Shown here one piece after another: positions 8,774 through 15,157 of a DNA stretch of 23,946 bases (position 1 is its first letter; every line of letters starts with the position of its first letter). The stretch covers positions 1 to 23,946 of the forward strand of contig JBGGMM010000217.1 in NCBI GenBank assembly GCA_041288045.1, given 5' to 3'. The translations under genes and the position numbers were made by a program. This stretch comes from Pseudobdellovibrionaceae bacterium (GTDB lineage: Bacteria; Bdellovibrionota; Bdellovibrionia; Bdellovibrionales; Bdellovibrionaceae). The notes beneath the pieces are model-generated. The model was not told the DNA's origin. It ran no database searches and worked only from the letters and a program-made list of their open reading frames with translations.

Positions 8774-8975
8774 GAAAAAATGCCGCGGCGTTTTCTGAAC
8801 GCTCCTGTGAGCGACAAAAAACCATGATCAGCTCAGCTGCATTTTTATTTTTGGTTTTCTGGAAACTCGCCGCAGGCGAGCCCCGAAGGGGTGAGGCCTG
8901 GAGCCGCGGAGGCGAAGCTGGACGATGACAGTCGGCGGAGGGCCGAATTTCCAGAAAATGCGGCCATGGATGGTC
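8773..8975. repeat. GC-rich multi-hairpin intergenic element (REP/MITE-like or structured RNA)
   Basis: Inverted repeat TTTTCTGGAAACTCG (8855-8869) / CGAATTTCCAGAAAA (8944-8958), 14 of 15 complementary. Hairpins CTCGCC-GCA-GGCGAG (8866-8880), CCCC-GAA-GGGG (8881-8891) and CGCTC-CTGT-GAGCG (8800-8813). Confidence 0.6.
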
Positions 8976-9026
8976 AAGATCAAGCAAAGCCGCAAACCTC
9001 ATTGACCACCCAAAACCCAGCCCAAC

Positions 9027-9614
9027 TCAAGCCTTCGGCGGACGCCGAGAGTTCACAGTATTCGCATCCAGCTCCTCAGCGCGAAGTGCTTTAGCAAACC
9101 TCTGAAACCCTTTCACTTGATCTTTCAACAGCTGCAGAGCCACTGAATCCAGCAACTCACCGTCTTTTAAAGTCTTAAACACATTCATCAGAAAAATTCG
9201 AATTGGGAATTGATAGGCATTCCGATAAGCCATGACTTGTTGCAAATGTTCAATCGGTCGAAGGCCGCCAAAAAGACCGCCGAGACCGACGAAACACACA
9301 GGTCGATATTCGAAGCTTTCGGGATATTTCCAGTGATCAATAAAGTACTTCAGAGCTCCTGGCATCGAGCCATTGTATTCGGGCACAACAAAGATCAAAC
9401 CATCGGAAGTGGTCACTTTTTGTACTGCCTGCTCCCATGAGAGATGCAGACCGGGACCTCCATACTGACGACCGGTGAGCTCTTCAAAAGGAAGCTCCGT
9501 CAAATCCAGAATTTCAACTTGCTCACCGGCTTCGGCATAAAGTTTTTGAATCAAATTGGAAACCTGTCGGGTCCGAGAGTTGGGTCTGTTGGTGCCTGAG
9601 ATTATGTACTTCAC
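9027..9614 (-). CDS. NAD(P)H-dependent FMN reductase (flavodoxin-like fold)
   Basis: IISGTNRPNSRT phosphate loop, FVVPEYNGSMPGALKYFID and GGLFGGLRPIEHL. GTG 9614 has GGAGG 5 nt upstream and is preferred over ATG 9635. Confidence 0.92.
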   Translation of the reverse strand: MKYIISGTNRPNSRTRQVSNLIQKLYAEAGEQVEILDLTELPFEELTGRQYGGPGLHLSWEQAVQKVTTSDGLIFVVPEYNGSMPGALKYFIDHWKYPESFEYRPVCFVGLGGLFGGLRPIEHLQQVMAYRNAYQFPIRIFLMNVFKTLKDGELLDSVALQLLKDQVKGFQRFAKALRAEELDANTVNSRRPPKA

Positions 9615-9648
9615 TTTTGCCTCCGGATGGCTCATGCTAACGAAAGAG

Positions 9649-10347
9649 ATGACTGATTTAAAGTGGTTTCTTTTCAGCGAAGGTCAAGTGACAGGTCCTT
9701 TTTCCAAAGAGGAAATTGATGTGCGTTTGACACTCGGCTCAAGCCCTTTGATCTGGGGCCGGGGTCAGGCCGAGTGGGTGCCTGCCGATCGCTGGAACCA
9801 AGTGCTGCGCGAGTCTGATTCTCAGTCTCAAAGGTCACGCTCTGGGTCAGACCGCCTGTGGAAAGTTCGAGTGGCCGGTCATGAGCAAAAGCCGATGACC
9901 CACGATCAAATGATCGATTACCTGAAAGATCAAACCGATTATGGTGAGATTCAGATTTGGACTGAAGGCTATTCGGATTGGAAAGACATTTATCAAATCC
10001 ATAAAATCATGGACGAGCTGGGAGTTTCCAGACGTCAGCACCCTCGAGTTCCAATCATGGGAAGCCTCACTTGCGAAGGTGCCACTGGCAATATCACAGC
10101 TCGGGTGCTTTCCATCAGCGAGGGCGGGCTTGGAATCACCGATGCTCCACAAGTGAAAATCGGTGAGAAATTCAAAACGATTCTCAAAAGCCCGAACCTC
10201 TACACGCCGATCCACTCCACTGCCGAAGTGGTCTATGTCGGGTCCGATAGCTATGCCGGAATGAAATTCATCAGCCTGCACCCAGAATCAAAAAGCGCCA
10301 TCATCGAGTACGTGAAAAAATTCACGGAGCTTTCAAAAGGGGTCTAA
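9649..10347 (+). CDS. Tandem GYF_2 (DUF4339)-like domains plus C-terminal PilZ domain protein
   Basis: WFLFSEGQVTGPFSKEEI...LIWGRGQAEW and WKVRVAG...KPMT...IWTEGYSDW resemble GYF_2. PilZ motifs RRQHPR (RxxxR), SISEGG, AEVVY and GMKF. Start is ATG 9649 or 9634. Confidence 0.85.
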   Translation: MTDLKWFLFSEGQVTGPFSKEEIDVRLTLGSSPLIWGRGQAEWVPADRWNQVLRESDSQSQRSRSGSDRLWKVRVAGHEQKPMTHDQMIDYLKDQTDYGEIQIWTEGYSDWKDIYQIHKIMDELGVSRRQHPRVPIMGSLTCEGATGNITARVLSISEGGLGITDAPQVKIGEKFKTILKSPNLYTPIHSTAEVVYVGSDSYAGMKFISLHPESKSAIIEYVKKFTELSKGV

Positions 10348-11074
10348 CCCCTAAAGTGCTATTTCTTTTGCTTTGAAATCCCTCGCGAATCACCACTTCG
10401 AAGTCATTGGCTTTCAAGGCTCGCTTCAAGGCTCCTGTGCAAGCATAAGTGCTGACGAAAGAAGCCGGAGCACAAACTTGAGAAAAAAAGCGAGTGAGAA
10501 AGCTCTCATCCCAAAGATGTGGTGAGGTTTTGGAACTGAAGGCATCATAAAAAATGACTTCATACTGAGATTCAACGGAAAATTCGGGAAGCAAGGCCCC
10601 CTCGACTTTCCAACTGCCGTTTTTGTAAGAATCAAAAAGCCACTTTTTCACTTCAGGCTTCAAAGGGGAATCAAAGAACAAAAAAATTTCGTCATAGATC
10701 AAATCGGTATCAGAAGTTTCAGTCCAGAAAAGAAAATGCTCGCGTAAAAAAGAATCGGATTCAAAACTCAAAAGCTGAAAGTCTGAAGGCCCAATTCCCC
10801 TCTTCAAAGCTTCAAGCGCCACAAGAATTTCATTGTAGCCAAGGCCTAGCCCCACGGAAACAGCGCTTCGACCACCGAGTTCCAAAGACTCTCGGAGAGG
10901 ATTTCCGTAAATGAGCTGAGTCTCTGAATAGGCTCCGCCTCGGTGATGCATAGTCTCTTGGGTCTCTGATCCCAACCAGCGCAATGTGGGGCTTTGATCC
11001 TCGGTGAGAACCTTTTCGTAGTTGTGTTTTTTCCAAAAATCCGTGGTTTCTGCCATATGCCTGTGCATCTCCAT
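10322..11074 (-). CDS. mnmD: Stand-alone MnmC(m)/MnmD-like SAM-dependent tRNA mnm5s2U34 methyltransferase
   Basis: ETMHHRGGAYSETQLIY, SAM-binding SVGLGLGYN, LSFE, FYDAFSSKTSPHLW, STYAC...LKRAL...F and GFQSKR match the MnmC methyltransferase half. No FAD oxidoreductase domain. The start may be 11056. Confidence 0.8.
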   Translation of the reverse strand: MEMHRHMAETTDFWKKHNYEKVLTEDQSPTLRWLGSETQETMHHRGGAYSETQLIYGNPLRESLELGGRSAVSVGLGLGYNEILVALEALKRGIGPSDFQLLSFESDSFLREHFLFWTETSDTDLIYDEIFLFFDSPLKPEVKKWLFDSYKNGSWKVEGALLPEFSVESQYEVIFYDAFSSKTSPHLWDESFLTRFFSQVCAPASFVSTYACTGALKRALKANDFEVVIREGFQSKRNSTLGVRPLLKAP

Positions 11075-11119
11075 AGCGCAAAAGTTGACCTCTGGCTACG
11101 AAGCTGTAACAACCGAGCC

Positions 11120-12127
11120 ATGGAAAAAGGTTGGCTTGGACTGCCTTACCGCCCGATCTCAGAGTTTTACCAACAGAGATTCGGCGGCAAGGTCTATAAA
11201 ATCCCGGTGTCGGTGGTGGATGACTGCCCGAATCGCCGTGGCCTCAAAGGCATGCAGACCTGCGTCTTTTGCGACGTCTGGGGATCCGCCGCCAAATCCG
11301 AAAGCCAAAGCCTGGGACTGCGGGATCAAATCCAAAAATACCAAATCGAAATCGGCCAAAAATACAAAGCAAAGCAATTTCTGGTGTACTTTCAAGCTTA
11401 CACCAACACATTTGCCAAATTGGATTCACTGAGAATCAATTTCGAAACCGCGCTGAGCTTTCCAGCAGTCAAAGGCTTTGTGGTCGGCACAAGACCCGAT
11501 TGTCTTTCAAAAGGCGTTTTGGATCTGTGGAACGAGTACCACCAAAAATCCTTCGTTGCTGTTGAACTAGGAGTGCAAAGCTTTGACAACGCCCAATTGG
11601 AATTTATGCGAAGAGGCCACACCAAAGAGCAATCTCTCAAAGCTATCGAAAAAATCAGCAAAGAAACCACAGTAGATCTGGGCATCCATTTGATTTTCGG
11701 TCAACCAGGTGAAACGGATGAGCAGATCATCGAAACCGCCAAAATCTGCAACGACCTGCCAATCACCAACGTCAAACTCCACAACTTGCACGTGCTCAAA
11801 GAAACTCCGCTCGAAACCATGTTCCACAAAGGCGAGTTCACGCCGATTGAGCGAAATCTCTACGCCCACCGAGCCCAACTCTTTATCGAGCATCTTTCTC
11901 CGAGAATCTACGTCCACCGCCTGGCAGCCTTTGCGTCGCGATGGGAAGAGCTTGTCGCTCCCAAATGGACTTCAGATAAAATGGGAACCCATCAGTATTT
12001 GATTGATTACTTGCGCGAAAGAAAGAGCTTTCAAGGAAGAGCCCTGATCAAATCTGCACTTTCCGAAGCGGAAAGACAGGTTCTTGGAAATCTCGAGCTT
12101 CGAGGCTCACCCAGTCTTCATCTTTAA
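11120..12127 (+). CDS. TIGR01212-family radical SAM protein (YhcC / YtqA-MnmL-like)
   Basis: FGGKVYKIPV, CPNRRGLKGMQTCVFC (Cx11Cx2C), YFQAYTNT, GTRPDC, VELGVQS, RRGH, HLIFGQPGE and VKLHNLHVLKET. ATG 11120 was chosen because the track start overlaps the divergent gene. Confidence 0.92.
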   Translation: MEKGWLGLPYRPISEFYQQRFGGKVYKIPVSVVDDCPNRRGLKGMQTCVFCDVWGSAAKSESQSLGLRDQIQKYQIEIGQKYKAKQFLVYFQAYTNTFAKLDSLRINFETALSFPAVKGFVVGTRPDCLSKGVLDLWNEYHQKSFVAVELGVQSFDNAQLEFMRRGHTKEQSLKAIEKISKETTVDLGIHLIFGQPGETDEQIIETAKICNDLPITNVKLHNLHVLKETPLETMFHKGEFTPIERNLYAHRAQLFIEHLSPRIYVHRLAAFASRWEELVAPKWTSDKMGTHQYLIDYLRERKSFQGRALIKSALSEAERQVLGNLELRGSPSLHL

Positions 12128-13917
12128 TTGCGAAATTCCATCCCAACAAACCAAAAAGCTCCTTCGTCGAAATAGTTTTTGGATTGCTGATATCTTTGGT
12201 CGAATACATTATTGCCGCGGATGTAGCCCGAGACGTGTTCGATGAAATCGTGATTGTAAAAGAGATTGGTCGTCATATAACCGGGCAATCGGTCATAGGT
12301 TCTGCTATCAAAACGAACACCGTTGCCAATCAGCTCAAACCCAGCTGAATCCCTTTCCCATTCTTTTAAAAGTCGAGCTCCACCACTGACCAAAGAGCGC
12401 TTCAAAAGCCATTCACCAGTTGTTATGTTTCGTGGTTCTTGATAGCCAAAGCTGAGATCCAGCTTCAGGTTATCCTCTGTGCGATAGGCATAAACGGCCT
12501 CCGCTCCTCGACTTCGAGCTTCTTGTACGTTCTCATATCGTCCGGTCGCAGGAGCTCCGACGAATACTATTAAGTTTGAAAATGAAGTTTCAAAAACCGA
12601 AATTGAAAAATTTTGTCGCTCACTGACGGTATGACTATAAGTCAGGGTCAGGGTTCGCGACGTTTCAGCCTTCAGATCCTTATTTGATCCGTAATTTTCA
12701 GAATAAAGCTGAAACAAAGAAGGAACCTTAAAGCCAGTCGCATACTCAAATCGCCAGTCCTTAAAGACAGTCATACCCAATTGGTAAGAATCGACGCGAT
12801 CGCGACCGTAGACAAAATCCGAGCGAAGCCCGCCTTCGGCAGAAAGACTCTCAGCCAATTCGCGATCGTATTTGGCAAACACTCCAGAACTGTATTGAAA
12901 TTGATTTGAAATCTCCTGACCATTCTCCAATTCAGAGAAATTTTCTTTGGTGTGACTGGCGCCAAACCGCAACTGATCCTGCTCTCGGTCTACCGGGAAT
13001 GTTTCCAGCCGAACATTTAAAAGCTCGCTCTGATAACGACTGTTCACGTCTCCCCAAGGTTGCGTTTGTTCAAATTTTCGCACTCCTTGCTGATAGGAAG
13101 CCAACAAAGAAGGCTTCAGTGGAACCTGGGGCGCTAAGACTCCACCCGTCAGATTCCAAAACTGATTTCTCGCCTCGAAGTGCTTCGTGTCTAAAACGAC
13201 ATCGCCATATCCCGTCGCCTGTTCCGAATAGTCATCAAACCCATTCAGTTTCAGAAAGAAATCAAAATCGCTTTTTCGAAGATATCCAACATCCCCATTC
13301 AGCAGCTTGGAATGGTATGTAAAGTCGGACTCTTTTAAGGGCGAATGATTGTTTTTCTCTGTCATAGAGGCTCGCGCTAAAACACCCTGACTCTCATCCA
13401 AAGCCTTCATGCCAAAAACTGCAGCTTTGCGATACTCTCTTTGACCGGCTTCAGCTTGCCCGGCAGCCTGATCGGCAACTTGGGTTGGAAAGGTTTCGAT
13501 TTTAATAACGCCAGTGAGGGCCTGCCCACCGTACAGGACCGATTGACTGCCCTTAATCACTTCAATGCGTCGGACTGTAGTGATGTCGATATTGCTGAGA
13601 TTCAAAGTCCTTTGCGTCGTCGTCGGATCATAAGCTGGTAGTCCATCCACTAAAATCAGCACATGACTGGAATCCCCACCGCGAATGAAAATCGAGCTCG
13701 GCTGAAAATTCGAATTCACAATCGAAATATTCGCCTGACTCGCAAGCAGCGCTGGGATATTCGGGGCTTTGCTTTCGCGAATTGTTTTTTCGTCGATCAC
13801 GACTTTGCTGGCAGTGCTAAAGGAATCCGTACGGATGACCGTTCGGTACTCGTCACTTCCCTCTTGAGCAAAAGCCCATGAAGAGAACACCAGAGCACCG
13901 ATGAAAAAAAATCTCAC
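12124..13917 (-). CDS. TonB-dependent outer-membrane receptor, BtuB-like (substrate unproven)
   Basis: Signal peptide (AFA-Q), plug motifs IFIRGGDSSHVLILVDG and RRIEVIKGSQSVLYGGQALTGVI, barrel motifs YATGFKVPSLFQLY, DLKAETS and NVFDQRY. About 600 aa. GTG start with GGAGG 6 nt upstream, coupled to the tonB stop. Confidence 0.88.
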   Translation of the reverse strand: MRFFFIGALVFSSWAFAQEGSDEYRTVIRTDSFSTASKVVIDEKTIRESKAPNIPALLASQANISIVNSNFQPSSIFIRGGDSSHVLILVDGLPAYDPTTTQRTLNLSNIDITTVRRIEVIKGSQSVLYGGQALTGVIKIETFPTQVADQAAGQAEAGQREYRKAAVFGMKALDESQGVLARASMTEKNNHSPLKESDFTYHSKLLNGDVGYLRKSDFDFFLKLNGFDDYSEQATGYGDVVLDTKHFEARNQFWNLTGGVLAPQVPLKPSLLASYQQGVRKFEQTQPWGDVNSRYQSELLNVRLETFPVDREQDQLRFGASHTKENFSELENGQEISNQFQYSSGVFAKYDRELAESLSAEGGLRSDFVYGRDRVDSYQLGMTVFKDWRFEYATGFKVPSLFQLYSENYGSNKDLKAETSRTLTLTYSHTVSERQNFSISVFETSFSNLIVFVGAPATGRYENVQEARSRGAEAVYAYRTEDNLKLDLSFGYQEPRNITTGEWLLKRSLVSGGARLLKEWERDSAGFELIGNGVRFDSRTYDRLPGYMTTNLFYNHDFIEHVSGYIRGNNVFDQRYQQSKNYFDEGAFWFVGMEFRN

Positions 13918-14495
13918 AGCTTGCCTCCCAACTCGAACACGTACTGATAGCGCAGGCGAACAGCCACTTTTTTCTCACCGATTTTGGCTGGTGAGAAAAG
14001 AAACTCTTTGATGGCTTCAAGGGCCGCTTCGTTCATCCCAAATCCTGGGCCCCTCACCACACTGGCAGAAGCGACTTGGCCTTGAGAATCGATAACGATC
14101 TCAAGATCCACAGTGCCGGCCACACCGGCTCTTCGCGCTGAAGCTGGATAGGGAACCCGCTTTGCTTTTAGTACTTTGGGCTTCTCTGTCAAGACACCAA
14201 TGCTCGCTTCTTGCGAAGAATCGCTTTCACTCTCTGAATTCTCAGTTGAGTTTTCACTCTGGTTTTCTTCATTTTGATTTTTTGCTTGAGTGGAATTCTC
14301 ATTTTTGTTGGTGATTGGAGATTGCGATTTTTTCTGGATTGGTTTTCGTGAGTTCTCAGATTTCTGATTGCTTCCCAGGACTTCAAGAATTTGAACTTCA
14401 CTCACATCATAGACGGGCTCGGGCTTGGGCCAGAAAAGGAGGATGCTGAAACCATGAACAATCAATGATAAAAGAAGAAAGAAGCGCAGTTTCAC
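13914..14495 (-). CDS. tonB: Energy transducer TonB
   Basis: N-terminal TM helix with SxxxH (LSLIVHG), a polar low-complexity linker, and TonB_C YPASARRAGVAGTVDLEIVID...AALEAIKEFLFSPA. Confidence 0.9.
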   Translation of the reverse strand: MKLRFFLLLSLIVHGFSILLFWPKPEPVYDVSEVQILEVLGSNQKSENSRKPIQKKSQSPITNKNENSTQAKNQNEENQSENSTENSESESDSSQEASIGVLTEKPKVLKAKRVPYPASARRAGVAGTVDLEIVIDSQGQVASASVVRGPGFGMNEAALEAIKEFLFSPAKIGEKKVAVRLRYQYVFELGGKL

Positions 14496-14813
14496 GTCGA
14501 AAAGGTATTTAAAACATCTTCTTCTTGATGACCAGTTGCGATTTCATCTTTTTAAGTTTGCACAATAAAATAGCACAATTTCAGATCTTGTCAGACACGA
14601 CAGATTTTTGCGCTGCGGGCCCCTTGCAAAGTCAGTATTAAGTCAAGACCAAGGTCTGTTGCTCAGATAAATTGCAGAAGCGCCCATTTTGTTATCAGTC
14701 AAATTATGTCAAAGGATTTCACAGACATGCATAATTGCTCAGCACATCCCGATTTTTTTTGAATTTTTTGCGGAAAAATCTCTTGCCGGCCGATGGGCAA
14801 CTCATTAACGTGA

Positions 14814-14871
14814 ATACAAGAGATAGGGACTTTAGAACAAGTCCGCAAGAGAGAACCACTAGATCTAGTAT
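14814..14871. promoter_or_regulatory. Tandem NrdR boxes upstream of nrdAB
   Basis: ccaCTAGATCTAGtat (14856-14871; perfect palindrome ACTAGATCTAGT) fits acaCwAtATaTwGtgt. A weaker ataCAAGAGATAGgga (14814-14829) lies 42 bp upstream, about four helical turns, a spacing typical of NrdR box pairs. Confidence 0.75.
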
Positions 14872-15157
14872 CTGATCCAGGAAGAGCTCAAGTCTTGCTT
14901 CCCAAGGATGTGGGGCCTCAAATCTCGAAAAAATAAGAAAAGAAAACCGTTCATAGGAAGTGACGGCGGAAAAAACCAGACGAAGGTTGTTGAAAGTTGA
15001 AACCGGACTCAAGTCGGGGCAACTTAAAAGGCTACTTTTCGCTCTAGGGATTTTTTGTCTTTAAGCAAAGAATTTGCGGCAAACGAACTAAAAGTAAACG
15101 TTAGAAGAAGAAAAGATACGAAGAAAAACCAGAAGCTTAATTAGAGGGGAAATAATC

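Noticed and set aside
8855..8958. CRISPR array or tRNA
   Set aside because: There are no direct repeats with spacers and no cloverleaf, T-loop or CCA signature.
8754..9094. Small ORFs 8754-9002 (minus) and 8891-9094 (plus)
   Set aside because: Explained by the GC-rich palindromic element suppressing stop codons. They overlap neighbouring genes and have no motifs.
10994..11119. Long N-terminal extension of the radical SAM ORF (likewise the track starts at 9556, 6374 and 19959)
   Set aside because: These extensions overlap divergent genes or promoter regions and precede the family N-terminus, so downstream starts fit better.
14901..14916. Third NrdR box, CCCAAGGATGTGGGG
   Set aside because: It needs a 1-nt deletion to fit the CwA-n-AT-n-TwG core and is not at a canonical spacing from the main box.
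14719..15012. 97-aa minus-strand ORF in the spacer
   Set aside because: TTG start with no SD and no recognisable motif; it overlaps the NrdR boxes.
14496..15157. Cobalamin or c-di-GMP riboswitch in the tonB-nrdA spacer
   Set aside because: I could not find the GGGAA / CCCGCnACTG / GCCAG B12 core in the right order on either strand; only CGCAACTGG (minus strand, about 14540-14532) is faintly similar. GGCAAAC near 15078 lacks the GEMM P2 stem.
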